64,000 nt of DNA from the human T2T-CHM13v2.0 reference genome, Homo sapiens: assembly GCF_009914755.1 (NCBI RefSeq), contig NC_060940.1. The stretch is one strand, 5' to 3'. Shown here piece after piece: positions 44,925 to 62,724 of the stretch. Under the pieces are notes generated by a model that worked only from the letters and a program-made list of their open reading frames with translations, searched no databases and had not been told where the DNA came from. A program made the translations under genes and the position numbers. Position 1 is the stretch's first letter. Each line of letters starts with the position of its first letter.

Positions 44925-45148
44925 CAGGGGTTCTCAACCAGCGCCCCCCTGCCAGAGCACAATTGACACTGTCTGGAGACAGTTTTGTTGTCACTACCGA
45001 GGGGTGCTACTGACGTCTAGTGGGTGGAGGCCAGGGATGCAGCTAAACATTCTACAAGGTCCACGGGGTTCCCACCCCACTCCCCATCCCCAAGAACTCA
45101 AAAAACGATCTGGCTCAAAATGTCAGTGTGCTGAGGTTCTGAAACCCT
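44925..45148 (+). mobile_element. MER20 (hAT-Charlie non-autonomous element)
   Basis: CAGGGGTTCTCAACC...TGTCTGGAGACA..GAGGCCAGGGATGC..AAACATTCTACA..AAAATGTCAGTGTGCTGAGGTT. Confidence 0.8.
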
Positions 45149-46509
45149 ACCCTGGAATGACAGCGGAAATGGAGAGACAGCAGATGTTGGAGACATCTCA
45201 GCGGAAGACTAGTTTTGTCTCTTTTTTTCTTTTTTTGTTTTTTTGAGACCGTGTCTCGCTCTGTTGCCGAGGCTGGAGTGCAGTGGCGCAATCTCGGCTT
45301 CACTGCAAGCTCCGCCTCCCGGGTTCCCGTTATTCTCCCGCCTCAGCCTCCGGAGTAGCTGGGACTACAGGCGCCCGCCATCATACCCGGCTAATTTTTT
45401 GTTTTTGTATTTTTAGTAGACAGAGGGCTTCACCGTGTTAGCCAGGATGGTCTCGATCTCCTGACCTCGTGATTGGCCCGCCTCAGCCTCCCAAAGTGCT
45501 GAGATTACAGGCGTGGGCCACCTCGCCCGGCCTCATTTTGTGTTCTTTATAATGCTTAAGTATTTGATGCGCAGTTGGTTAATCAGGTCTGATGAGCCCA
45601 GTCTTCCTCTTATTTTTTTCACCCATTCATTTGCCAGATATCTGTTTAGCACTAAACACTATTCAAGATGCTAGAATTCAGCTTTGAGCTGAAAAACCTT
45701 ACATTCTTGCGGGGGGGTGACAGACATTAAACTTACATGTCAAGTAGTAATATATGCTATGAAGTTCCTGCAAGTTGGGGTTTCTCTTACTACCATCACG
45801 TACCATTTATTTACTTCCGAGTGCCAAGCACTGGACTAGATACTTTACTAATATTTCTACTCTTTTCCTGTGTCCTGCAAAGTGGGTATTATTTATTATT
45901 TATTTTTTTTGAGAGGGAGTCTCGCTCTGTCCCCCAGGCTGAACTGCAGTGGCGCAATCTCGGCTCACTGCAGCCTCGACTTCCTGGGTCCAAACGATTT
46001 TTCTGCCTCATTCTCCCGAGTAGCTGTGTTTACAGGCACCCGCCACCACGCCCTGGTAATCTTTTTTGTATTTTTAGTAAAGACGGGAGTTTCACCATGT
46101 TGGCCAGGCTGGTCTCGAACTCCTGACCTCAAATGATCCAGCCGCCTCGGCCTCCCAAAGTACTGGGATTACAGGTGTGAGCCACCGCACCCAGCCCTGC
46201 AAGGTGGCTGTTATTATCTTCAGATGATAAAAAGCAGATCACAGGAGTTGAATAATTTGCCCCAAATCACTTAGTATGGAGTTGAGCTTGGACTCAAACC
46301 AGATTCACCTGAAGGATAAAGTCTGTATTATTTCCACTGGTTAACATTGTGTCCCATATACGCAGCTGGACTGAATGGCATGAGAAATCTATACCTTCTT
46401 TCCTAGGGTTAAGAAAGTGAAGTAGAAACGAACTGACACTGACCTCATTCTGTTTCCAGAGTAGAGTTTTTATCAGACCTAGGAGGAGGTGATTCTTCAG
46501 AGTTGCAGC

Positions 46510-46616
46510 AACTGAATTAGGAAAATAATTATAAGAGTGTGGTCATGGAAAGTGAGTAGTTCTTCTATAATAGGGGATGTAGCGTCTTGAAGGCCTAACT
46601 GAACTGGGTGAGCCAT
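46510..46616 (-). pseudogene. MT-CO2 5' fragment (NUMT)
   Basis: Translates [34 protein letters not shown] in the mitochondrial code. Confidence 0.9.
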
Positions 46617-46744
46617 TAAGACATACAGGGTTTATCCTATATCTTAACTTTGACAAAGTTATGTAATGATTTTACTAATATCGAGAAAGTCATACAGGTT
46701 ATGGGATTGGCTTGAAATCAGTTTCTGGAGGTTCAATTCCTTTT

Positions 46745-46750
<6 letters not shown>
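46617..46750. pseudogene. mt-tRNA-Asp (-, 46617-46682) and mt-tRNA-Ser(UCN) (+, about 46683-46750) pseudogenes
   Basis: AACTTTGACAAAGTTATG (Asp anticodon arm) and GGCTTGAAA..GGTTCAATTCC (Ser) between COII and COI. Confidence 0.85.
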
Positions 46751-48282
<1,532 letters not shown>

Positions 48283-48312
48283 AAGTGGGAAAAGGGTAAA
48301 ATGGCTGAGTAA

Positions 48313-48608
<296 letters not shown>

Positions 48609-48629
48609 TGAGCCACTGCGCCTGGCTGA

Positions 48630-48776
48630 ATTTATCTTTTTAATTAAGATTGGGATAAGAGCTAGTATGTTCATTTCTAGGCCTGTTCAGATGAGAAATC
48701 TATGTGAGCCTAGCATTGTGGTAAGAGTTCCTGTGAAAACAGTAAGGGAAATAATAAGTTGAGCTAATGGGTTAAT
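48630..48776 (-). pseudogene. MT-ND2 5' fragment (NUMT)
   Basis: ATT AAC CCA TTA GCT CAA (MNPLAQ) directly after tRNA-Met; truncated after about 145 nt at an Alu. Confidence 0.9.
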
Positions 48777-48984
48777 TAGTACAGTAAGGGTATAACTAAC
48801 ATTTTTGGAGTATGAGCCCGATAGCTTAGTTAGCCAACCTTACTTTAGGACTTGGTGTAATGGGTAGCACAGAGAATTTTGGATTCTCAGGGGTGGGTTC
48901 AATTCCTTTCGTCCTAGAAATGAGAGGATTTAAACCTTTATTGTTTACTCTATCAAAGTAATTCTTTTGTCGGACATATTTCCT
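48777..48984. pseudogene. mt-tRNA Met (-, 48777-48844), Gln (+, 48846-48917) and Ile (-, 48915-48984) pseudogenes
   Basis: IQM cluster sequence between ND1 and ND2. Confidence 0.88.
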
Positions 48985-49938
48985 ATATTTGGGGTGGGAT
49001 GCTGGAAATTAGAATAGGCATTGAGATACATCATATGCAGAGTGCTAGTGTAAGCGGTAGGAAATTTTTTCATAGAAGATATATAAGTTGGTCATAGCGG
49101 AATTGGAGATATGCTGTTTGAATTCATAAAAACAGGGTGGTTAAAGAAAGGTCTTGGTAATGAAATTTGTGGTATAGAGTTCTGGTGAATATATAGTGTG
49201 TAGTGCTCCTAGAAAAATGGTAATAGTTAAGTCATTTATTACGATAATATTCATATATTCTGCTATAAAGAAGAGGGCAAATGAACCTGTGGCATATTCG
49301 ATGTTAAAGCCTGAGACTGACTCTGATTCTCCTTCTGTTAGTTCAAAAGGGGCTCGGTTTGTTTCTGCTAGTGTGGAGATAAATCATATTATGGCTAGGG
49401 GTTATGATGGTAGAAGCAGTCAGAGGAATTCTTGCGTTGTGATAAATGCATGTAAGTTAAATGAGCCACTTATTAGTAGAACTGATAAAAGGATAATGGC
49501 TAGAGTGACTTCATATGAAATTGTCTGGGCTACAGCTTGTAATGTGCCGATTAGTGCGTAATTTGAATTAGATGCTCATCCTGATCATAGGATAGAGTAG
49601 ATGGCTAGGCTTGATGTGGCTAGTATAAATAGGAGGCCTATATTAAAATTAATTAGAGCATCTGGTATGCGGAGGGGAGTTCACAAGAGGAGAGCGATCA
49701 AAACAGCTAGGGTTGGAGCAGTAGTATAAAAGGTAATAGTAGACGCTGAGGGACGTAAGGGTTCTTTGACGAAAAGTTTTATTGCATCAGCGAATGGTTG
49801 AAGCAGTCCATGGGGACCTACAATGTTAGGTCCTTTGCGTAATTGTGTGTAGCCTAAGAGTTTTCATTCAATGAGTGTAAGGAATACTATAGCGATTAAA
49901 GTGGTAATAATAAGTAGGAGAAGATTGATTATAGGCAT
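48985..49938 (-). pseudogene. MT-ND1 pseudogene (NUMT)
   Basis: ATG at 49938; ND1 motifs RKGPNIVGP and [16 protein letters not shown] on the - strand. Confidence 0.95.
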
Positions 49939-49940
49939 AT

Positions 49941-51775
<1,835 letters not shown>

Positions 51776-52509
51776 ACAATATTAAGGATGGGAGATTTGT
51801 CTCCTGTAAAATGCATCCTTTCTCCTCTGCAGGTTATGTTCACCTGGTCCTACTCTGAATGAGAATCTGCTGGTTTTTGAAAGGCCTGCTCTGTGATGGA
51901 GGGATTGCAATGCCCAGCAAGGTGTGGGCACTTTAGTTAAGTCCTCAGTGTCTGAGTCACACCTCTCCCCCAGACAGATCAATACAGCTGGCTTTCTGCT
52001 CGAGAGACGGCCAGAGGCCAGGCGCAGTGGCTCACGCCTGTAATCCCAGCACTTTGGGAGGCCCAGGCAGGTGGATCACGAGGTCAGGAGTTTGAGACCA
52101 GCCTGACCAACATGGTGAAACCCCGTCTCTACTGAAAATACAAAAATTAGCCGGGTGTGGGTGGCGCGTGCCTGTAATCCCAGCTACTCAGGAGACTGAG
52201 GCAGGAGAATCGCTTGAATCCGGGAGGCGGAGGTTGCAGTGAGCCGAGATCGCACCGCTATACTCCAGCCTGGGTGACAGAGTGAGACTCCATCTCAAAA
52301 AAAAAAAAAAAAAAAAAAGAGAGAGAGGGAGGGGGCCAAAGTGGGACCAGCTTGGGGCTGGGTACTGTGCTGCACGGTGTGACAGCTGTGGATCTGGGGT
52401 GGGAGCAGCCACAGACCTTCCTGCACTGCCCTAAGCCAACAGGACCCTGATGTGCTCTGTGTCCCTGGCAGCTGTGGTGCTGAGACCTTGACTGTCGAGG
52501 GGGTTTGGT

Positions 52510-53210
52510 TTACAGATTATTTTGTCACCGAGGTAATGAGCATAGTATCCAATAGGTAGTTTTCCAGTCCTCACCCTCCTCCCACTCTCTACCCTCTAGT
52601 AGGCCCCAGTGTCTGCTGTTCCCCTCTTTGTATCCATGTGTACTTCTAAGCTCCCGGTTACAAGTGAGAACACGTGTTATTTGGGTTTCTCTTCCATTGT
52701 TAATTCGCTTAAAATAATGGCCTCCAGCTCCATCCATGTTGGTGCAAAGGACATGATTTAATTCTTTTTTATGGTGGTGTAGTATCCCATGGTGTATATG
52801 TATGACATTTTGTTTATCTACTTCACCATTGATGGGCATCTAGATTGATTCCATGTCTTTGCTATTGTGAATAGCGCTACAATGAACATATGTGTGCGTG
52901 TGTCTTTTTGGTAGAACGATTATTCCTTTGGCTGTATGCCCAGTAATGGGATTGCTGGGTTGAATGGTAGCTCTAAGTTCTTTGAGAAATCTCCAAACTG
53001 ATTTCCACAGTGGCTGAACTAATGTACATTCCCACCAGCAGTGTATAAGCATTCCCTTTTCTCTGCATCCTCACCAGCATCTGTCATTTTTTGACATTTT
53101 AGTAATAGCCATTCTGACTGCTTTGAGATGGTATCTCATGGGGATTTTGATTTGCATTTCTCTTATGATTAGTGATGAGTATTTTTTCACGTGCTTCTTG
53201 GCCACATGAA
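52510..53210 (-). mobile_element. 5'-truncated L1PA (older primate subfamily), 3' end
   Basis: ORF 52840-53052 ([25 protein letters not shown]) plus L1 3'UTR in antisense. Confidence 0.9.
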
Positions 53211-54640
53211 TATCTGACTGCTCTTCTAATTCTGTTCTGCTCAGCTGCACTTGCCCCGCTCCACGTTCAAGTGTTTAGCTCTGGCTTTCAGGAATCTCTG
53301 TTACCATACCTCTGCTCTCTGAGCCCATACAGGGATTTCTGAAGGGATGAGGTAGGGTGTCAGTGATAGGGTTTTTTTTTCTCTGGGATTATGGGGGGAG
53401 TTGCCAAGCTCCTATTAGAGCCAATGAAGCCCCCTTCCTCAGGGACTTTCCCAAGAGAAGAGCCAGAGCTCATACTCAGGACCATTCAGACCATAAGGCC
53501 TTATAGAGGAACCCAGTGACTCCAAGAAATGGTGAGACACAAAAGAGTCTCAGGCTGGAAGGGGAAGAATCCAGGGATGAGAGCTCATCAGTGCCTGTGA
53601 CATCATAGACATGACCGTACAGTTCTGTCATGACCAGAATTGGGGGAAAGAAGCAGGTGAAATGGTGGTGCAGCTGCCAGACTGAGACAGCTCAGTTCCT
53701 TATCTAAGCTTTGTCATGTCCTCCAGTCCTCCCTTCAGAAAGGCCCATATTCCATGATAGCCCCTAGAAGGGTCATGTCTTGGTGTTTTACACAGAACTC
53801 TTTGGGTTTCTCCATTAACTTAGCTACTGTGCCCAGCAGCCACCAGAGGCCCCAGAAGAAGAAACCAGCAGGGGATCTGGCTGCCTGGGTTCCTCGGGGG
53901 TGGTCTCACCATCAGGGGTGGGTGAGACCACCACAGCCACACTGTGAAAGTTTCAGAGTTTTCACTACTTACAGATCCTCAAGATAGGCAGGGTGACCAG
54001 AGAGAGGCAGACAGCAGTCCTCAGTTCCAGGTCTTATGTAGTGACAGCAGCTGCACACTTGTGGGAGAGGACTTCTGTTAAAGGCTTATTTGGGGGTAGG
54101 ATGTCCTAATTTCATGGAATTACTTTCCACTGAGTCCTTCAACCACTTCTAGCACCAAAGGTAGTTGAGCAGTTTGGCATGAGGCTGGAGTTAAAACAGG
54201 GCTCTGCAGAGCAACTTCTTGTCTATCTTGGTCAGCCCTTGCCAGGCAACAATCAACTGTGGTTTCTTCATTACTCCTCAGACACTTGGGACATTCATGG
54301 TGACCTATTGGCACCCAAGGAAGAGAACCTGATTTTAATTTGGACTGATAAGCAAGTTTTCTGAACAGGTTTATAGGGATTAGTTTAGTCTGGACAGAGT
54401 GAGCCGGAATCAAAAGATACTGTTAATACCAGAGGACTAGAAGATCCCATGTGGAGATGTCAGGTGGCTTAGCCATTGAGAAAGAATGACAGTAGATCTG
54501 AAATGGTCCAGAGCCCAGATATTCAACAAAGGCTAAGAGCCAAGGTGAGAGGGTAAAGGGAAGGTGTGAACGAACGGGTGAAGCCCCACTGTGTGCTTGG
54601 CCAGCCCCACAGAGCTCTCTGCTGGTGCTTGGGGGTATGA

Positions 54641-55200
<560 letters not shown>

Positions 55201-56207
55201 TGACCAGGCTGGTCTCGAACTCCTGACCCCAGGTGATCTGCCTGCCTTGGCCTCCCAAAGTGGTGGGATTACAGGCTTGAGCCATCACGCCTAGCTCTTT
55301 CTTTCTTTTTAAATGGGTCTCTTTTTGCCTTTTCTACCTTTAGACTGTAAAAACTGAGTGAAAGTGAAATGGAAGTAATGAAAGGTTTTGGAATTGATTT
55401 GACCTATGTTCAAAATCTAGCTCCTCTCCCTTGGGGCAGTGACCAGGTCTTCCATATCTCTCTTTGCCTGGCACATTATAAACATACCTGGGCAAAATAA
55501 ATATCAGTTTTATCATACTGTATTTAATGAACAAATGAACTCACTGACCGACTGAAGAATATGGTGTTGGGAGAGTTGTAGATGTAGCCATCAGTAATGC
55601 CTGTTGGAGGTTGTTTGGCGCTTGTTTATCCTGCCTGGTAAAACTCAAGACATATCCAGTAATAGCTGGCATATGTGAAGCTTTTACAGTGTGGTTGGTT
55701 ACATGTAAATGGCTTCCACACATGAAAGCACTTAACCCTTTAAACCCCTCTGAGAGGTAGACATTGTCATCACTGACTGTAAGATGAAGAGGCTGGGCTC
55801 AGAAAGGTTAAGTACTTGTGTACTTACTTACCTACTTACGTAAGTGTCCAAAGACACACAGCAATAGGTTATAACAAAATTAGAAGTTAAACCCGGTTTG
55901 TCTCACTCCAAAGCCCTCACTACAGCACCATACTAACACTTTTTGGTGGAATCTGCAGAGCTGGAGGTTCATTCGTTGTCTGATACTGACCTTAGGCCCC
56001 AGTGTCCTCTCTCTCTAAGAAAGGGGTTCATGTCTCTCAAACAGGCATAAGCACACAAAAGCACTTGGAAAACTGCCCCAGACTGACAAATCAGAATCTC
56101 TGGTGGTGGCATCTAGGAATCCTCATTTAAGAGAAATTACAGATGAGGGGAAAATGTCCAGCTCTTTCATTTAGTCACTGTGCAAGTCACCTAACCTAGG
56201 AGGGCAG

Positions 56208-56620
56208 GTATGAATTGGGGCTACCAGGAAACCAAGACTTTACTTACAAATCTCCATAAATCTTAAATCTATGAAAAACTCCAGACTTGCTCCTGGAATG
56301 GCCAACTGTAAGGGTAGTGGCTGAGCTGCTGCAGGAGTACAGCTTCCTCCAGATGCCACACAGGTCAACACCAAGTTCACAGCTTTCAGGCTGACTACGA
56401 TGGGGAATGGTGGGGCCGCTTGCTAGAGTCCCATATTCTCTGTAAGTGAAGAACACTCAGTCCTTCTCTTGGTCTCTACCCAGAAACCAAGTTACGGTTG
56501 AGTCTATTTCCAGGACTGTGAGGAGCCAAGGATTCTGCCTGTGATGAAGTCAGCTATGAAATGGGTGCGTTTTTGTGCCAGGATCCCAGAAGTTCTGGGC
56601 TGTTTCCAGACTGAACTCAC
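56208..56620 (+). pseudogene. Decayed Myb/SANT-like (trihelix) exon 1 of a dead ZSCAN32-like paralogue
   Basis: cag|GT ATG AAT TGG GGC TAC CAG GAA ACC AAG ACT TTA CTT gives (G)MNWGYQETKTLLTNLHKS*IYEKLQTCSWNGQL*, versus ZSCAN32 (G)[34 protein letters not shown]. After frameshifts: VVAELLQEYSFLQMP, NTKF, GRLLESHIL. Confidence 0.88.
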
Positions 56621-57185
56621 AAGAGAAGCAGCAGAGAGGTAGCCAGAGGAAAGGTGAATGAGGCGCCCAGCTCTTGTTTGGCTCTGACCGTCTGACAGCC
56701 ACTGTCAGCTGAGAGGAGCCATGGTAGAACTATGGACCAGTGACGGCCAGTAGGCTCTGCCCAACTTCTCTGGGTTGTAGCGAGACGATTGATCCAGTCT
56801 ACAGGGACTGGTTAGGAATCTTTGGAAAAAAGGAATAGTGTCAATTGAAAAAAAATTATATCAACTAGTTAAAATGTTTCAGTGAGGGAAGGAGGTATGG
56901 AAACAGTGTAGAGAGCCCACTGTGTAACTTACCAGGGAATGACCTGGTTTTTTAATGGGCCTCTGAAGGGCTGCACCAATCCTGGAGGGTAGTATTAGAC
57001 ATAAGAGGAAATCTGTAGACTTGGGGTCTTGCCTTTTGTACAACATACTTCCAATACATTCTCAAGTGGTTAGTGTTGTATTGGGCTTGTTAAGCAATGG
57101 AAAGTCAAATAGTGAGGGCCTGTGGTCAATTGACTGAGAGAAACAGCCCTGAACTGTCATTCTGAGTGTACCCTCCTGGTGGAAG

Positions 57186-57600
57186 GTATGCACTAGGGTG
57201 CTGAAGAAACAAAGACCTTCCTCACCATCCTTGATAAACAGCAGTTTAGTGAAAATACCTAACCTGGTACTGATAATGCAAGGTGCCCAAAACAATAGCT
57301 GTGCAGCCTGAGGAGCTGGGTTATTTGCACATCCAGAGCTGTGTCACAGCAAGTTGAAGTGTCTCCAGATGAACGTCACAAGGAGAGCAGCAGCCATGTG
57401 CCAAAGCCCTGTCCCCTCCATGAAGAAATGGACCAGAGGACATTGAGGAGCCAACCTGGCTGGACTCCTAGCCCCCAAGACCCAGCCCAAAAGCTAAGTG
57501 GTAGTAAACATTCCCTCCTAGAAGAGTTACATAAAAGACTTAGTAAGAAGAGAGCCCTCTGCACCCTGGGAAACCTGGATTATAATTCTGTCTTTACTGT
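57186..57600 (+). pseudogene. Decayed Myb/SANT-like exon 2 of the same dead ZSCAN32-like paralogue
   Basis: aag|GT ATG CAC TAG GGT GCT GAA GAA ACA AAG ACC TTC CTC ACC ATC CTT gives (G)MH*GAEETKTFLTILDKQQFSE. Then TIAVQPEELGYLH, ELCHSKLKCLQMN and HKESSSHVPKPCPLHEEMD (cf. [20 protein letters not shown]). The 3' boundary is approximate. Confidence 0.88.
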
Positions 57601-57944
57601 GGATTGAGCCAAAGACTGTTGTGTGCCCATCCTTCCTCCCTCTAAGAAGTATTTCCATTTCTAGAAGAGAGATGATAATCTACCACTTAGAGGGCCTGCT
57701 TTCCATGTGGGGTTGTATCTCTCCTTTCTTTCTGTGAGTTACTTTTCCCTCTCTGACCTCCACTTATTTGAGTTTCACCCATTGACCCAGATAATAATAG
57801 GAAATCCCTAGTAATAGACATAGATGAGAACTCTCTCCTTCACCTCCATAACTAATCTATCACCGCTACATTATGTTGACTATGCGCCCAAAATGTACAA
57901 AACCCATCCACTTTTTTCTGTATCCACTGCCATCACTAGACTAG

Positions 57945-58241
<297 letters not shown>

Positions 58242-59834
58242 TGATCCGCCCGCCTCAGCCTCCCCAAGTGCTGGGATTACAGGCGTGAGCCACCGCGCCC
58301 TGCCCCTTGCTACCACTTTTAGCTCTTCTGACCTATTCTCCACACAGCAGCCAGAATAAGAGAATTGTGTCTTTCCCTGCCTAATTATTCAGTGGCTTCC
58401 CATTATACTTATCATAAAATCCAAACTCTTAGCATCACATGTGATAATAAAGTCCAGTCAGGAAAACAGAAACCATTCTTGATGTTTCAAAGAGGGGACT
58501 TAATGTAAAGAATTTGTAAAGTGGGTGTGGTAGAATTGAAAAAAAAAGTGTAAAGGGAAAACTGCAGTGACAGAGATAGTAACTGTAGGAAACAGCTACC
58601 ACACATGGGGTCTGGATAGAGAAAGGGTTGGGTTTACCAGACCTTGGAAGCTTGGAAGAGAGGCCCCGCAGAGCTGGGACTTGGATTTGGCGAGGGTGCT
58701 GGGGGTTGGGAGCTGGGAGCTGGGCAGTGTTGCCTGACTGGTGCTGATACCTCTGAAGAGTCCAATGAGGCTGCTTCTGGAAGAAGCTTTGTTCACTGCT
58801 TTTTTTTTCCGCTTAACATGGGGAATCTTGCACGCTGGAGTGCAGTGGTGTGATCTTGGCTTACTGTAACCTCTGCCTCCTGGGCTCAAGCCATCCTCCC
58901 ACCTCAGCCTTTCGAATAGCTGCAAGCACGTACCACCACTCCAGGCTAATTTTTTATATTTTTTTGTAGAGATGGGGCTTTGCCATGTTGCCCAGGCTGG
59001 TCTCAAACTTCTGAGCTCAAGCGATCGGCCCACCTCAGCCTCCCAAAGTGCTGGGATGACAGGTGTGAGCCACCACCCCTGGCCCTGTTCACTGCTTTAT
59101 ATTTGGCTCCAGTACCTCATATATTATAGGCAATCACATGTTTCCGGAATAAATGAATGGATTCTCCCAACCCTTACCTGTCTACTTCAGGTCATCTAGA
59201 GTGGCTGACAGGCATGGATTGGAGACTCTAACGGTACTTGTTTTCATTTTTCTGCCCAGCAGACTAGAGGACAAAGCAGCCTGGAGGGCAGAGGCAACCT
59301 AAACATGCAAGGAGTTCAACAGTTGTACCCCCATTTACCTGGCCACGGTAGGCCCAGGAATGGGAGGAGCCTACTAGTGAGGCCCCGAAGTGTCTCACTT
59401 TCCTTATCTCTTCCGTTGACTTGCACTGGCTCTCCTCATTTATCCAGCCACCTTCTCTGAGCTGATAATCCAAAGCCCATCAGTAACTAGTCCACTCCTG
59501 TCTCCTCTTCTCCACCATGAATCACCAATGAAGTCATGGTGTCCCAAATAGGTCACATTCCAGCCCACCTCTTTGTCGAGGCCCTTTGAAGATGTTTTTT
59601 TCTGAGTTGAGCAGAGGCTGTGAAATATGTGACTTTCGGAGCTGTCCTGCAGAGCTTCTCCTTAGGGGCATGGTCGAGGACAGCAAATGCAGAGAGAAGC
59701 AGTGGCCCAGGCAGAGCTCAATAAAGAAACAAAAGTATATTCTCCTCTTCTGCCTTTGCTTCTCCTTCGTCCCCTTAAATTCTTTTTCTTCTGGATTTGA
59801 GGTAGAAAGCACATTCTCCTTTGCTCATATTTAA

Positions 59835-60599
<765 letters not shown>

Positions 60600-61093
60600 T
60601 TAACTTTTCAAAAAGCTCAAGAGACCATGATGCTTGTTTTGCACCATACCTTAGAAAACGTCCTACTACCTTGTGTGCACCAGCCAACAACCATAGACAA
60701 ATGTACCTATCTTCTACCACTTTTTATCCATGGCAATTTCATAAAAGTTTAACTATCTGTGACTCATCACAGATGAATTTTAAGTTTAGTTCCTAGTGTT
60801 TCTCATATCCATCCTTCCTTTCACCTACCATTCTCATCTACTAAACTCTTCAGGAGTCAGAATCTCTTGATGAACCTTGTTTTTCCCTTGTTTCTGTGAT
60901 CTTCCCTCTCATGATGGCACAAACCCTTCCCAATCCAATTAATTCCCTCTTCCCCATTTCCTACCCCTATTCCTTCTCTGCATGTCCTACTGCCCTGAAG
61001 CAGGCTCTACACTTACATACATCATTTTCAGGACCCTGCAGGCTTCTGCACGAGTATAGTTTCTGATGGAGAAAATTACAACCAAAGGCCAAG

Positions 61094-61099
61094 GAAGTG
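61094..61099 (-). terminator. Polyadenylation signal AATAAA for ZSCAN32
   Basis: TTTATT on the + strand about 770 nt downstream of the ZSCAN32 stop. Confidence 0.65.
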
Positions 61100-61864
61100 G
61101 AGGGAGAAACAACTTTATTTTCATCAGAAATTAGTAATGTTTATAAATTTGTTTATAGTAGTTTGTAAATTATTATCAGAAATAGTAATGTCTATAAACC
61201 ACTTACTTTAAGAGACAATCAGGAACTATGATGAGGGCAATAATAAAAGGAGAAATCTTACAAAAAATTAACCTGGATGTTGTGCTTGCTCTAAGGTTAA
61301 GTCACTTAGGGAAACAGATTCAGTATTATCCAATGGCTTAACCATCCTTCCTTCTTTCTGTTTGCTTTTTGGTGGTGGCTGGGTTACAAAGAGCAGTGTC
61401 TTCTGCCCTGAAGGTAGCAGTATTATGGTGGGTGCCTAGAGGTCAATTATTGGTTTAGAAGAGATTCAGGCCCTTAACTTTTACATGTGCTTTCCAGGAA
61501 AGGAGACACTTTCTTTCTCAGCCCTGTGTGAGGACTATGTTAGCCCAGAAAGTGTTCTTGGACCACTGGGTGCCCATTCTCAGTGCTAGGAACAGGAAGA
61601 CCCTGGATTCCTGGTAGAATTTATGGATCCTACAGCTTTCTCTCCATCAAACTTTAAGTCACAGTAAGATAGGACTCTGGAGTCACAGGCACAGCCAGGA
61701 GAGGTCAGCGTCCTTATGCTGACTCCTGGTCCTAGACATGGGTCTTAAGATCCAGTAGTCAGTAGGTCTGTTGCAAAGTCAGGGACTGGCTAGATCTCTC
61801 CACAGCAGAAGAAAGCTCATACATGCTGACCTGAGGAACTTAATCTGACAGTTTACCGACACAC

Positions 61865-62724
61865 TCATAACGCATCTCTTCCTTCCTGTGATGAGAGTAC
61901 TGCTTTCATGTGTACTGTCTGATGACGGGTGAGGGCAGAGTTCTTAGTGAAGCCTCTCTCACAGTGAGAACACCTGTAAGGCTTTTCACCAGTGTGGGTT
62001 TTTCGGTGGGCACTGAAGTGGGAGCTATTGTTGAAGATTTTCCCACACACTGCACACTTGTATGGGCTCTCCCCAGTGTGGATGCGCCGGTGAGCACTGA
62101 ACTGGGAACTGTTGTTGAATCTCTTTCCACAGACAATGCACTGGTAAGGCTTTTCCCCGGTATGGGTCCTCTGGTGGACAATGAGGCTGGAACTCTGGTT
62201 GAAGCTTTTCCCACATTGCCCACACTGATAGGGCCTCTCCCCTGTGTGAGTTCGTAGGTGGGCAGTGAGGTTGGAGCGCTCACTAAAGCCCTTCCCGCAC
62301 TCACTGCACTTGTGAGGCTTCTCGCCTGTGTGGATTCTTTGATGCCGAACAAGATAAGAACTTCGGCTAAAGGTTTTCCCACATTCAGGACATTGAGATA
62401 CTTTTTCCAGTTTGAGCGCTGGCTTGTGGGGAGAGTGCACACTCTGAGAGCAGTTTTTCCCACAGAGGATATGTGTACAGGCTTTGTCCCTGGCACAAAA
62501 ACTCTGGTGACTCATCTTCTCCTGGGATGGGGTTTTCTCCTCACTCTCCCCTGGAGAATTTCTACATTGCCTTCTTGATGTTGGCTCACTCTCCAAGCCT
62601 TTTTGTAGCTCAGAGTGCCAATAAACTCCTCTGGACTTTCTCTGTAAAGCCTTGTTTATTTCTACTTCCTCTGAATCATCCCATTTTAGATTTTCTTTTT
62701 TAATCTCGTTCTTGAACTCAAAAC
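61865..62724 (-). CDS. ZSCAN32: ZSCAN32 (ZNF434) terminal coding exon with six C2H2 zinc fingers
   Basis: Acceptor T-tract-CAG| at 62725; open frame (G)[19 protein letters not shown]...; six CxxC..HxxxH fingers with TGEKP-type linkers; stop at 61865. Confidence 0.92.

Noticed and set aside
53286-53310. FRNLCYH, resembling the SCAN FRQFCYQ motif
   Set aside because: Only seven codons, no downstream continuation, and out of order relative to the 52439 relic.
54275-54400. Possible KRAB-A relic (cag|ACACTTGGGACATTC..CACCCAAGGAAGAG)
   Set aside because: Position fits the fossil gene, but the similarity is too weak to call by eye.
59205-59340. Possible third SANT exon (cag|GC ATG GAT TGG)
   Set aside because: Only the first codons resemble the exon start; the rest does not align.
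61906-62578. Alternative-frame and antisense ORFs over the ZSCAN32 zinc fingers
   Set aside because: Typical shadow ORFs of C2H2 arrays.
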